A program made the translations under genes and the position numbers. DNA of 64,000 nucleotides. Source: Camelus ferus. Lineage: Eukaryota. The notes under the pieces are model-generated. The model saw nothing but the letters and a program-made list of their open reading frames with translations. It searched no databases and was not told where the DNA came from. Below, in pieces: positions 51,524 to 64,000 of this stretch (position 1 is the first letter of the stretch; every line of letters begins with the position of its first letter). Location: NCBI RefSeq assembly GCF_009834535.1, contig NC_045697.1, positions 3,474,001-3,538,000 on the forward strand, in the 5' to 3' direction.

Positions 51524-52379
51524 TGTATATCAGAGAAATGCAAATCAAAACTACAATGTGGTGTTCACCTCTCACCTGTCAGAATGGCCATCCCTAAAAA
51601 GCCTACAGAAGATAAATGCTGGAGAGGGTGTGGAGGAAAAGGAGCCCTCCTGCACTGTTGGTGGGAATATAAACTGGTGCAGCCACTATGGAGTTAGTAT
51701 GGAGGTTCTTTAAAGCACTAGAAACAGACTTGCCATATGATCCAGCAATCCCACTCCTGGGCATGTATCTGGAGAAAACTCTAATTCAAAAAGATACATG
51801 CACCCCAGTGTTCACAGCAGCACTATTTACAATAGCAAGGACATGGAAGCCACCTAAATGTCCACTGACAGATGACTGGATAAAGAAGTTGTGGTCTATA
51901 TACATATGATGGAATACTACTCAGCCATAAAAAAGAATGAAATAATGACATTTTCAGAAACATGGATGGACCTAGAGATTATCCTATTAAGTGAAGTCAG
52001 TCAGACAGCGAAAGACATATGTCATATGATATCACTTACATGTGGAATCTAAATACAAAAGATACAAATGAGCTTATTTACAAACCGGAAATAGAATCAC
52101 AAACATAGAAAACAACCTATGGTTACCAAAGGGGAAAGGGGTGGGGGGGAGGGTAAATTAGGAGTTTGGGATTACACACTACTACATATAAAATAGATAA
52201 ACAACAAGTTCCTACTCTATAGCCCAGGGAACTATATTCAATATCTTATAATAACCTATAATGGAAAAGAATCTAAAAAAGAAAATATATATATGTATGT
52301 ATAACTGAATCATTTTGTTGTGCACCTGAAGCTAGCACAACACTGTAAATCAAATATACCTCAATAAAAAAATTTTAAG
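51524..52379 (+). mobile_element. 5'-truncated L1 (ORF2 C-terminus plus 3' UTR), cetartiodactyl type
   Basis: ORF 51688..51909 (LPYDPAIPLLG..TCTPVFTAALFTIARTWKPPKCP) is L1 ORF2p C-terminus. It has AATAAA plus an A tail, and TSD ttaattaaaat at 51513-51523 and 52380-52390. Confidence 0.92.
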
Positions 52380-53236
52380 TTAATTAAAATCTTAAATAAA
52401 ACACAATTTCAATACAATAAAGTAGAAATGAAAGCCCATGGAATCAGATGGGATGCAGAGACGCAGTGCAGCCTTGGTCCTTGAGGGGTGTGAAACTTAC
52501 CTTCGTGTAGAAAGCACACATCATGCACAGACCAGGAATACAGTCACGCGCGGGGGAGCGCTTAGGAGAACAGCTAGGAAGGCTCCTCGCAGGAGGGGAG
52601 GGGGTGATCGTGGGAAAGCAAGGGTGCCAGTTTCCAAACTAAAAGGCTGGCCTCCTGGAGGCCCCTCAGTTCCTGTCTGAGATTCCCCTGGCACCTGGCA
52701 GACAGCCCTGGACCATGAGAACCTACTGGCATCCTCCTGCAAGATGGGGTGTGGGAGCACAGGGGGACACTTACAGATCATTCTGTTCTAATTTTCATTA
52801 TTTCCAACACTGCTTATCCTTATCTTAAAATCGTAACAGCTCTACTGTGGAGTGGATACAAACCGCACCTAAGGCCCCTAGATGCTCCACGAGCACCCAT
52901 GTTCTGTGTGCTTGCCCTGTAGCTTCTGGCTCTGCCCACTGAACTTCCCCTGCCCGGGCTTGGACAGGGGGTTGGGGTGCATGGGTGGCATCCACGGGGG
53001 CCTCCAGGGCGAGGAAGCAGGACCAGATGTGGCTCTGTGTGTGTATCAAGTCCCCACGGCCTTGCAAGGAGAGGGGCTTGGAGGTGGGGGGGCAGCGGCC
53101 GTGGGGTGAGCTGGGAAGCACTGCTGGGACCCCCTGAGGATGGAGAGGCAGAAGGGGAGCAAGGCTGAGGGGACAGAGAGAGGGGGACAGATGTGAGAGC
53201 CGTCCTGGACATTGGATCCAGGTGGTGATGGACAGT

Positions 53237-53325
53237 GTTCTGATCTGAATGGTGGCACCAAAAAGACCTGTCCACGTCCTACCCCAAAGACCGTGCGGGA
53301 CCTTGTCTGGAAAAGAGGTCTTTGG
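53237..53325 (+). mobile_element. MLT1 5' fragment
   Basis: tgaatggtggcaccaaaaaga...gtccacgtccta...ggaaaagaggtctttg. Confidence 0.6.
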
Positions 53326-56300
53326 GCCTCACCCCACCCCTCCCTCCCACCCCATCCTGCACTGATTCAGAGGGGCCCAGCAGCTGAGCGGAGAACACGG
53401 CCCACAGGAAAAGGGGCAGAGTGCTGGACCACTGGAGGCGGCCAGGGAAAGACAGTCCAGACACGCAGCCCATGAATTGCAGGATATTTAAAAATGCATT
53501 CACCTCAGGTTTCAGGGAGTCATTTCCAGAATGAAAATTCCATACCTGTCATTAAAAATGTATCTACTATGATCACACAAGAGAATTCTTGGGGGGCTTG
53601 CTGCAAGTCCAATACGTGTGTCTTTAATAACCGCATTTAACACGGGTCCTCCAGGCACGGGCACTGTGCACCTCCCTCCAAGTGTGCCTGAAATGGCAGA
53701 GGGCCGGGTGGTGTCCCGACAAACGACCAATGGCAATCTTTCCACTTCTAAACAAACTCGTTCAAGTCCCAGAACAGAAAGGTCATGAGCAGATGATGCT
53801 GGCGAGAGAAAAATGCCGTTGGTAATTAAACACGGAAACTGCCCACCCTCACCAGGAATCGAAGGCGTGCAAATGAAATGGCACGGCCGCCCCTTTGGGC
53901 CGGTAGGTTAGCAAGCTGGAGAAAAGTCATCAGCCTGAAGCCGGCCAGGAGGCAGGGCCCAGGTGGAGGGTCGGGTTCCCCATGAAAAAGAATTTGGCGC
54001 TGCAGCCCGCCAGCTGTAAATCTGCTCAGGCCGTCTGGCTCTGTAACGGAGCTCCCAGAGCTCCTTCCCGGGGACCAAATGGAAAGGAAACCCACAGGCC
54101 TAAATTTCTTACGGCAGCAGAAGGGCTCAGGAATAGAATGAATCAATCTAAAGGGCAAGTGCACGGCCGTAAAAAGATGGTGATGCAGACCATGGTACGA
54201 CACAGAATAACCAGAAACATGCTGTAGTGTGAAAGAAAGAAGATGCAAGACTTTATTCTGTGTCTAACTGTACAAGGACTCGGCATAAGAGAGAGAAGAT
54301 AAACAAAGAAAGTAATTGCGCCCGACGGGTGGGGGTGTGGGTGAACTTTTTTGAAATGACTAATGCATTTGTATGTATTTTTAATAAAGGAGAGGAAGCG
54401 TCTGAGTAAAAAAGACAGTGATGAGAAAGGAATGTGGAAAATTAAAATCTGTTGATTTGCTTTGGAGAAAAACTAAATTTAGACTGTGTACTATTCTAGG
54501 GATGGTCTGTGCGTGATCTCCTTCAGTCCTCCCAAGCTCCCATCCAGGGGTATTTTAGCCCCATTTTACAGACAAGGAGACTGAGGCTCTCGGGAGGAAA
54601 AGGAGGCCCTGTGAAGCAGCTCTGAGGTGGGTGGTTGGCTCTGTGGCTTTCCCACTGCTTTTGAAGAGTTCTGCGTCTGGAGGCCTGGTCTCCATGCGGT
54701 AGGGCCGGCCACGGTCACTCCCACCCCCACTCCCAGTCCCCAGGAGGACTTGCAGTAAATTGTAACTACATCCAGAAACTCTGTCTGTATAAGCACAGAT
54801 TACACCGGGAAGGATTTTTCACTATTCAAACAATATTTTTGACATCCTTGCTTCCTCCGCCTCCGGCCGTGCTGAGACATGGCGGGCGGGAGGGGTCGGG
54901 CACTGTCACTCTTGGTAGATCAGCAAGTGCTTGTGAAGACCCGGGCTGACAGCAGGAGTCAGGGAATGAGTTAGTCGAGGAATTCTCCTGGGATGAAGAA
55001 AAGACGCGAGTGCCTCTCCACCTTGCGGTCAGGGGACCTGTCCTCGGACCACCCTGCCCAGCGAGAGGGAGCCCTCCGGGGGCCGGCCCACCTGTAAGCA
55101 GTTCTCCAAGGTGAGTCCTCAGAGGGCAGCCGATGAGATTTCCCTGGGACTTTAAGGCTCACACCACTTTCCACTCTCCTCCCAAACAGTGAAGGTCCTT
55201 ACCCAACCCTGGAGGGGCATTTTCAAAAGCAATCTCCTTAGTGGATGAGTTGCTTCAAGGCACAAGATTAAAATCTACCAACATTTAAAGAAATGGGGGG
55301 TCGTGGCAGGAAACCATCTGTCAGAGACTCCTTTTCCTGAGGCTAGCGATGGACCTGGAAAGCAGGCTGGTGAGTCAGGGAGGTGCACCCACAGCTGAGG
55401 GGGGCTGCCTGGAAAAGAAGCGAAGGAAAACTCAAGGCCCAGTACCCACACCCGGCCTCGTCGGCACCAGGGCCCCCAGACCAGCCGGCCCAAGGCGACA
55501 ACCGCTCCTCACCCAGCAAAGAAAGGACCCGATTCCATGCTCACTTCAGCAAATTCCCAAAGCATCACGGAAATTCCTCAGTAAGAACCAGCAGAATGAA
55601 CCAAGCCCCTGCACTAAAAGCAAAGCCAAAAGCCAAAAATAATTCAACTCCAGGTGGTTGCACACAACTGAGGAGTCCTGATCAGCCCGTCTCTGTGCTG
55701 TCTAGTGGGTTTCACATAGAAAAGTGAATTAATTATTACTAGAGAAACACGTCTTGGAAAGCAAAACAGTTCAACACCCAGAGAAGGTGGCAGTGGCAGG
55801 CGGTACCCGGAGAACACAGCATCCTCGCCTGGGAGAAGCTCTGAAACCACAGCCCAAGATGCTGGGAACCTTCCTTCCCCCTTCCCGGGTGAGCAGATGT
55901 AAACACTGACGATGATAATAACCAAAATGGTTTCTCAAAGCCTCCTTCTCTCCTCATTTAAAACATCAAAGCGTCTGCCTAACGCCCTTGGACTGAATTC
56001 ACATTTCACATATAAAGAGATAGCGCCCGTTGTCAGCGGGTTATTTATTGACCGAGCTCTCCGGCTGAGCCAGGAAGCAAGAAAGACGCCCGGACCGTGA
56101 GGATAATCGGCGCGTTTGGTGGACTCCAGGAGCCGCGACGGAAGCTCAGAGCACAAGCAGAGGGAATTGTGCGCTGACCTGAATTCACAATGCAAACCCC
56201 CTTCCCCCTGAGGGAGGAAAAGAGCAAGGGGAAAAGAACACAGGAAGAAAGGGAAGAAGCTTTCTGAACGGTTGTCTGTTCAGCGCGGCCTGTGCACACT

Positions 56301-56473
56301 GACAAAGCTCTTAATTAGCCTTCAACTTCTTCTCTAAGCATTTTCTGGCCAAAGAAAAGTTTCAAGGCCTCCAATTCACAGGGGTTGCTCCAGCAGGGCC
56401 CTGGGATCTCAGCCTCCGGCCTCAGAGACGCGCAGGTGCATGAGGAGAATGGCCCATCCTTGGGCAGACTTAC

Positions 56474-56541
56474 CGCCACAGAGAACTTTCCAGAACCTTC
56501 CCCATGTCTGCATGGTAATACTTCGTCAGGATCAGAATCAC
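56474..56541 (-). CDS. SORCS2: SORCS2 internal coding exon (68 bp, start of the VPS10 domain region; human exon 2 equivalent)
   Basis: The minus strand reads ...ttctgcctttgtctttgttgtcgccacag|GTG ATT CTG ATC CTG ACG AAG TAT TAC CAT GCA GAC ATG GGG AAG GTT CTG GAA AGT TCT CTG TGG CG|gtaagt. This encodes VILILTKYYHADMGKVLESSLW(R), matching SORCS2 as I recall it. It has a polypyrimidine tract, a CTGAT branch-like site about 30 nt upstream and a consensus donor. It is too short for the ORF track. Confidence 0.96.
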
Positions 56542-58769
56542 CTGTGGCGACAACAAAGACAAAGGCAGAAATCAGTGGGTTTCAAGGTTCCCCAAGAGGA
56601 TACATCGGTACTCCTCTCACCCAGGATTTGGGGGGGGGGTCTCTCCAACATCAGCTGCCCGGGCCCCTCTCACTTGGTAATTCTGGGAGCCCCGGCCACC
56701 TCGCAGCAGAGCACGCAGACACGGCACTGGTTAACGCTCCAAAAACTTGCTCTACTCTGCACAATGGCTTTGGGAACATCCCAGCCCTGTGAGGTCCACC
56801 TAGTAGCTGCTGTTCCATAGGGATCATTCAAGCTCAGCCCTGGACAATCTCAAACTGTAGTCAAAGGGATGCCAAGGAAGTGATCCTGGGGAGCACAGAA
56901 TGCACTGGGCTCTGAACCCACCGGCGCCCTTGAGAACAACCAGCAGCCGGCCAGAAAGAGCTGCTGGGGCTGCTCGGGAGACAAGAGCAGCCCGGGAAGT
57001 ACGTGCTGGCGTTACACTCCCCGGACGGCGGCTGATGGCAGGGCCAGTGACAGCGGGATGGGAAGACAGACGAGGACAGCGGGGACAGATGGAGGGGGTC
57101 CGTAAATCGTCGATGGCACACACACGTTTTGTCGTTGCTAAACTATTCACCACACACCCTGGGCCCTACTTAATAAAGCGTTTTCATTTCCTGCCTGTGC
57201 AGGAGATGCAACTGTTTACCAAAATGAAAATAAATGTGGTTAAGAGCAGCCAAAATTCTCCCCCCAAAAACGTACGAACAAAAACAAGGATCAGACTCTG
57301 GTGGAGAAAAGAGCGCTGTCCCCAATTACTCCATGAGCCACTGCATTTTCACATACATCAAATTTGCATTTCACTCACTGCCAGTCCCTGTTAGCTGCTC
57401 CCAAGATCCCCGTTGCCATGGGAACCCCGGGAGGTAAAATGGGAACACCCCCTGGTCCCCAGCGGGGCCATTAGGCCCGTTAATTTGGGGTCACCGCACT
57501 GGCCATCTCCAAGTTTGGGTTGCCTCCTCACGAGCAGGACTTCCTCTGCTCTGCGTCTTTGGGGTGTAGCTGCCGCCAGCAGTTCAGCTGGTTTCTTTCC
57601 CTGGTGATTAAAGCGGGGAAGATAGGAGGAGAGGATGTCAAGCGAGACGGGACGGTGTGTGTTTTAGAAGCAGCTATGATTAAAAAGAAAACCCGAGGTC
57701 TCTTCAATGGAGGCACGATCAGCCTGCCTTGCTCGGGAACAAAGCGATTTTCTCCTGCCAGGCTCTCAGGCTGCCCGAGTCAAGCGGGAATCCTCTGAAG
57801 ACTGGGGGTGGCAGCAGAGTGACAGGGCCTGGGCGCGTAGGAGACAAGCGTAGTTTTAACCTATTGATTTATATTTTATAGTGTTGCTGTTCCCAGAGGG
57901 GATTTCGAGAAGCCGGAGTGTGACAGCTGGAAGGGACCTCAAAGTCTGTTTAATCCGGTCCCCTCCAGGGTGAAATCCTCAACCCCACATCCTTCTCAAG
58001 CACCTGCCATCTGGGCTCTGCTGGCACACCTGGAGGGGCGGGGGGCTCACCCCCACTGCGGCACTCGGGCCCCTCCGTGGGGCGAGTTCAGCCTCCTGGT
58101 AACTTCTGCCCCTGGGTGCTGTTTCTACAGGTGTGGACGATCACTGAGCAGGACTGGCTCCCCCTCCCACCCCTTCTGGGCGAGAGTCCCCAGTTACACC
58201 CACCCCTTTCATTCTAAGCTCCAGCCATTCCTGGCCATTGCACAAGCTTTTCTTCATCTTGGGACCCTCTTCCCCCACCACCTCTAACTCCTTGGTTAAA
58301 CCCTACTCAGATCTCAGTCTATTTGATGCCGCCTCCAGAAAGTCTCCCAGGCCCCTCCCAGGGATTCACTGTCTCCTCGAGTTCCTTCTGACCCTGCACT
58401 TTCGGCCCCACTGAGAGTTTGGGATCCCGAGGCCAGGACCCAGGTCGTGCTTGCCCAGGGCTGATACAGGAGCCACCCACATGGTCAGCCTGGCGGATGG
58501 ACAGAGCAGGGCACCCCAGTCTCTGCAGTTGGCAGCAGGAAGGACCCCTTTGTTCTGGGGTCAGACCCTTCAAGCCCCATGTACCTCAATTTCTGGATCT
58601 GATGAGGAAATAACACTCAGCGTCCTCCGGGAGGGTGAGGATGAAGTTCTACCCCATCCCTGCCCTGCACACACCCATGTTATCACCCACTGAGGCCACT
58701 GACCTGGGGGCACAGGCAAACATGGTTCAGCCACACCCACTCCACCCCCAGGAACCAACGAGGCCACAC

Positions 58770-58905
58770 GTGTTATTGCCTCCATTCAGCAGATGAAGAA
58801 ACTAAAGCAGAGAAAGCTTAAATACTGTGCCAGAACGACTTGTCCAGTAAGCAGGCGAGCTGGCGTGTCACCCCAGACTGTGACTTCAGAGCTCAGGCTC
58901 TTAAC
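58770..58905 (-). mobile_element. MIR
   Basis: ccattcagcagatgaagaaactaaagcagaga...gacttcagagctcaggctcttaac. Confidence 0.7.
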
Positions 58906-59259
58906 GGCCAGGCAGGTTTGGAAGTGAAATATCCCAGGAGCTATTTTTACAGCAACTGGTATGTTACCGCAGCTCTGGGGTGCTTTGATCTGGGCGGGAG
59001 AAAAACCCGGAATGTGGGCTGGGGCTTCTGTGTCCTGGCTGTTGCCAAGGGTCTCCCCCGACCCAGAGGCTGCCTGAGCCCACAGGCCCCCAGAGTCCTT
59101 AGGGATGGTGGGGAGCATCCAAGGAAAAGACAAGGATTTCAGCTGCCCCTGCCCAAGGGAGGACAGGTCACACTGTCCCTGGTCACCCCCATGTCCCGTT
59201 TTCTCACTTCTGGTCCTCCGGGCCTTGGGGCTGGGCAGGCTCCTGGTGGGGGTGCCGGG

Positions 59260-59415
59260 CACATACTCTGTGCCAACTCAGCACATTAAGAACATCAGCT
59301 CACCAGATCCTTTCATGGCCCCATAGGGAGGGGCCGATACTGTTGTTCCCATTTTACTGATGAAGAAACCGAGGCACAGAGCTGTCCAGTGACCTGGCTG
59401 ACACTTACATGGCAG
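59260..59415 (-). mobile_element. MIR
   Basis: cccattttactgatgaagaaaccgaggcacagag. Confidence 0.75.
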
Positions 59416-61107
59416 GAAAGGGGCCTCCTGTCGCCAATCCAGAGCTTCCACTGGCTCCATCTTCAGCCCCACCCTGACTTCTCCGTGGTGCCTGCCTTCC
59501 AGGCATGGGATGTGCAGATGCCCCTGGCTCCCTGGCTGCACCCTCAGCCAGGTCCAGCCCAGCAGCCCTCCACCCTGACAGGCCAGGCCATGACCCCAGA
59601 GGAGCCAGCCTCTCTGGATTTCCCCAGACCTGCCTGTCCCTGAGGCTGCTGGGCTGGACGCTCTGTGATGGCAGGGCTGAGTTCTACTCTGATCCACCCT
59701 AAATTCCCAGAGCTCAGCACAGAGCAAAGTTCGCCAATGTCTGTTGAGTGAGTGAACGATTGAATGAGTCGGTGAGTAAGTGAATGAACAGCCCTGCACA
59801 GGAGGGAGCAGCCAGGACCCGTCCTTCAGGCCAAGGCACAGCCAAGCCCGCCACCAGGTGCCTGTGGCCCCCCCAGAGCCCCTCCGCCTGGACCGCCCTG
59901 CCTCTGACCCCAGTGACACCACGCAGGGCTGTGAGACACGCCCTGTCCTTGAGGCCCAAGACTCACTCAGGCCATGCCCATCCTAGCCCTCAGGCTCAGG
60001 AACCGGTGGGTGTGAGACCCCACTTCCTTTCCCAGCGAGAGCCCAACCAGGCAGCCGGGCTGGTGGGCCGGCATCAACCTGTGCAGACGCCTGGGCCCTG
60101 TGCTCAGGGGCCCCTGCCCTGGGTTTAATGCTCTGCTGTCATCGTAATTCATTAAAAAGTCTGAACAAGGGCCCCAATTTTTGTTATGAACTGGACCCTG
60201 TGAATATCGTAGCTGGTCCCCAGGCGGCTGTCCACTCCTCTGATGTTCCTGAGTTTCAGTGCCCCACTGGCCCCCCTGATGCATGGGAGAGAGCCTGTCT
60301 GTTGAACACCCAGTTCCACTCTGTCTTCCTGGTCAGGGAAGCAAGGAAGGCAGGCCAAGGAAGGAGGCCCATGTGGGCATCAGATGGAAAACCTGAACCC
60401 ATGGGAACCTGGGACAGTTTCACCCAGTGCCTCACACTAGAAATGGGGAAAGGGCTCAGCGGGGCAGACCCCAGTCCCCAGAGAGCCCCGTCCAGGGCCC
60501 AGCCACCACACCCACTGCCCCTCGAGTTATTCCAGGGACGGGCCAGGTGGACCGCACCAGCCTGCTCCCTCAGTACAGGCTGGCCGAGGGCTCGCTCCTT
60601 AACAAGAAAAGGAAACCCTGGCGTCCACGCTCAGCTCAAGGAGAGACCCTTGGGTGGGCAGCGGAGCCCCCACCCCCATCACCAGCAGCCTGTCTCCTGC
60701 CTCCACTCCACAATTCCTTTCCAAACCCAGTGGTGAGTCATTCAACACGCTCTTCTCTCTTCTCTCCAATGAGCTTGTTAGATTCTCTTTGCAACAGGCG
60801 TGGGGCCTGGGTCTCAAAGCTCCTAGAAGGGGCTTATGGTAACAGCCTGGTAGCTGGAGGAAGCCACGCCCACCAGCTGAGAACCCCGATGTGTCATTAA
60901 CAGATCTGTCACTCTGAGGGGAGGCTGGTTTGGGGCAAGTCTCGGCGCCCAGGGCTGACGGAGGCCAATGGCACGCAGTGAACACCCCACCTGCAGACAG
61001 CGGTCACTGTTTCCGTTTCCCTATCAGGTCCCACTGGTGCTACTGACAGCTTCTCAGACGGATTAAAACAAGACAATGTGGGTGCAGAGCAGTGGGACAA
61101 CCCTGGC

Positions 61108-61195
61108 GGGTCAGTTAAACCCTCTGAGCCTCAGTTTCCTCATCTGTGAGATGAGGCTGATTCACATAGACATCACTGGGCTGCTGGGAGGGTGA
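61108..61195 (+). mobile_element. MIR
   Basis: ccctctgagcctcagtttcctcatctgtgagatg. Confidence 0.8.
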
Positions 61196-61713
61196 TGTCC
61201 ATCCACATGAATTTATACCAGAAATCAGGGCACAGAAGTGGGAGCTAAGGCCCTGCCCCCTGAGCGGCCATTGGCATGTTTTGAGATCAGCTTTTTCTAT
61301 AATCCTGGGTCAGATTCACAAGAACATCACCACTGATGGGAAGTCAGTGGCGCCTCTTCCCCTCAGGCGGCATTCAGCCAGGTCGGAGTCAGCACGGCGT
61401 TGCCGACCAGAGGCATGGGCTCCTGCAGGGACCGGGTGCTGAGCTGGGAGCTGGTTCAACCCTGGCGCCTGCGTGGGTTTCACCAAGTTTGCCATTAGGG
61501 GAGCTCAGAGCTGCCACCTAAAATGTGCCCCTCTTGGGACAAGAAACACCCAGATCACCTCCAATTTAGGGCCCTGACCTTCAAAACAGCCAGCGGGAAA
61601 GGACTTTGAAGCAGCCTTACACTTGTGTGCCTTCCAAGAGCTCAAGAATAATCAGAAAAAAATAACACATATTCAGGCTCAACTCCGTTGTCAGTCAATA
61701 AGCCCGTAGCACC

Positions 61714-61755
61714 AAACAAAAACAAAAACAAAAACAAAAACAAAAACAAAAAAAA
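61714..61755. repeat. (AAAAAC)n microsatellite
   Basis: Directly visible. Confidence 0.9.
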
Positions 61756-61924
61756 TCGTGGGGGAAGGCAGCAAGAACTCCGGGCTAATTGTGAACTCTG
61801 AAATCAACTTCCCAACAGAAAAAGGGAAAATTTAGAGTTGGCCTGTGAGGACCTAGAAGGCCCGCCTATGTCACTGATATCCTCCAGGCCTAGCAGGGCA
61901 GGGCCAGCTACAGCGTGGTCTAGT

Positions 61925-62080
61925 CTGGAGCCTTGCTGCTCCCAGTGGGGTCTGGTCCGGCCACACAGGCTCCCCAGGAGCTCCTAGAAATTCAGAACCT
62001 GGGTGAGGCCCCACCCTAGACCTGCTGAATTTAGGCCCCACCCTAATCTGTGTTTTAACCTTTGAGAAGCTGCACTGGCA
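61925..62080. mobile_element. MER5A-like remnant with an internal 13-bp duplication (aggccccacccta)
   Basis: ctagaaattcagaa...ggccccaccctagacctgctgaat...ctgtgttttaac...ttgagaagc. Confidence 0.7.
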
Positions 62081-64000
62081 GGTCCCCACCCTTAAAAAGT
62101 CCTGGGGCCCCACTTGCTCAACTACATGAGAAACTGCATCTCCTTGTATCACTCAAGAGGGCTCTGTCCTCTCCATCCTCATGCTGCTGACCTGTTCCTA
62201 CTGACCTGGCAGCAAACACACACCATACTCAGGTACGTGCTCACTGCCATGCTTTTCAGTCACCCCAGGGCCTTTGCATATGCTGATATCTGTACTTAGA
62301 ACGCTCCTCTGCCCCTCTGTACTGTCTGCCTCTTGCTATTGAGTGAATTAATTAATTGAAAATAGGCTCCAAAAAGGCAAGACCATCTCCTGGGGTGGCC
62401 TTTCCCCACCCCCACCTCACCAGTCCACTTGTCCAGCTGTGAAAGTTGACTGTGGAATGTGTATGACTTTCTATCATCTTGGAACACCAGAACTTGTGGG
62501 TTTAGGAGCCCACCTTGGGACTGAGGCCAGAAAGGGGAAGGATCCATCCCAGGGCCATGTGGCAGACATGCCACCTGGCAGAACCCTCCTCCTGCGTCTG
62601 CATAGTGGTATACTGCCCCTCATAGGAGAGATGCTGAGGGTGGGAAGGAGGGCAGGGGCTTTCCCCAAAACATCCGGTGATGATAGTAATAACAGCAAAT
62701 GCTTATACAGCACTCACTCCACACCTTACATGCACCAAATGCCTCATGACAGATGAACAAACCGAGAAACAGAAAGAACACAATGGCCCCAAGATCATAA
62801 CAGCTTGTCCATGGTGGGCCTTGGATGAGAGAACAAGTAAAACATATCAGGAATCATATGTTAGGAAGAAAAAAAGGGAGGTCAAAAAAGAAGGCAGAGA
62901 ATAAGATTTTTTTATGGTGACTTCGAGTATTCATTCAACAAACAGTCTAATCTCTCAACTTGCCAGACATGTAGATCCATAGAGAGAAAGCCAGCCAGCA
63001 TCCCCAGGGCCTGTTGACAGTGACATTCCCTCTGCACATAAGCTTCCAGGATGCTCACAAGAGCACTGCCAAGGTGTAGGTATGTGTTTCACTCTCTGTA
63101 AACACACATTCATGTGCAGAAAGGGTTACATGCAATCCACGCTCAGGGATCTCCACATAAGATTTTATGGAGAGACTGCTGATACACCCACACACCAAGG
63201 ATGCTTCCTGTACTAAGCTTGGAGCTAAAGGCACCCTCCTGGGAGAGCCTTTGTGGAGGCCTGATCCAGCCAAGGCATCTTATACCCTGTTCCAGAAAGG
63301 ATGAGCATCTCAGAGAGGCCATGGGGGTCTTGCTGGGCCCCAGCGGGGGCTGGTGTAGCAGGAGCTGCCTGTGGTATAGAAGGCCTTGGCTTGTTACATC
63401 TGCCCCACTGCTGGTTATGCCCCAGCGCCTGCGCAAACCCTGTGTGCCTTTGAGTCTCAGTTTACTCATCTAAAAAATGGAGGGAAAGTCCCTGCTCCAC
63501 CTTCCCTCACCTCACTGAAAGGGGACAGTGTATCAAAGGATGGATATCAAAGGATTTTAAAACCTGTACCACGCTGTCCCGGGAGGAAGGCTGATCATCA
63601 AGACACAAGATGATGTCATTGCCTGAAAAATCACCCAAATGCTCACAGTGAATTGGGAACTTGAGCAGTTTCATGAGAGACACCACCTGTTCTCAGAAGA
63701 CGCCCTCCAGGGGCCCCAGAGGGGTCTGGACGCAGCCCAGTTACATGTAACGAGGCGCACAGTCCCCTGCAGAGGGAACATGGGTTCTCAGTGAGGGTCC
63801 CTTGCTCTGGGCAAAGAGGCTGACCCACAGCTGGTGGTGAGGAAAGCAAGGATGTGAGGGTGACCCTCCCGCGTGAAGCCCCGCTGGAGGACCCGGGGCT
63901 GCGGCCTCAGCCCGGCAGGGCCTCTGCGGGAGGGCAGCTGACTGGCTGGCCGCATGTGAGGCCCGTGGGCACCTCCTCACCTTGAGCCTCAGACCTGCCT

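Larger units (their letters stand above)
1..64000 (-). other. SORCS2: Host gene SORCS2 (part): probable intron 2 (1-56473), exon 2, and the 3' part of intron 1 (56542-64000)
   Basis: A recognisable SORCS2 exon lies on the minus strand. The nested antisense PSAPL1 matches the known human arrangement. No other SORCS2 exon was recognised. Confidence 0.9.

Noticed and set aside
51688..51909. 73-aa ORF as a host gene
   Set aside because: It is a fragment of L1 ORF2p.
56385..56820. Plus-strand ORFs over the SORCS2 exon
   Set aside because: They are antisense shadows; the real coding signal is the minus-strand exon.
1..64000. CRISPR arrays, tRNA/rRNA genes, miRNA hairpins, operons
   Set aside because: No repeat-spacer array or RNA gene was recognisable, and the DNA is mammalian intron. 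miRNAs cannot be excluded without folding or a search.

Overview
This is mammalian intronic DNA, GC-rich and full of old repeats. The L1 3' tails look cetartiodactyl and probably camelid (inference), and I saw no Alu, B1, PRE1, Bov-tA or SINEC elements. The window lies inside SORCS2 on the minus strand. One 68-bp coding exon (56474-56541, VILILTKYYHADMGKVLESSLWR, equivalent to human exon 2) has canonical splice sites. Nested antisense in the following intron is the intronless prosaposin-like gene PSAPL1 (ATG at 31095). In this sequence PSAPL1 carries a +1 frameshift at about 31461-31463 and a 1-bp deletion near its ancestral stop (about 32644), yet all 24 saposin-domain cysteines are intact. 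It is therefore either a recent pseudogene or null allele, or an assembly error. The rest consists of MIR, L2, L1, MLT1, hAT elements, one ERV1-type solo LTR, microsatellites, a 180-bp dispersed duplication and several candidate regulatory blocks. Nearly all ORFs in the track are spurious. Repeat subfamily names and comparisons with human proteins come from memory, not from a search. I found no convincingly new biological system.
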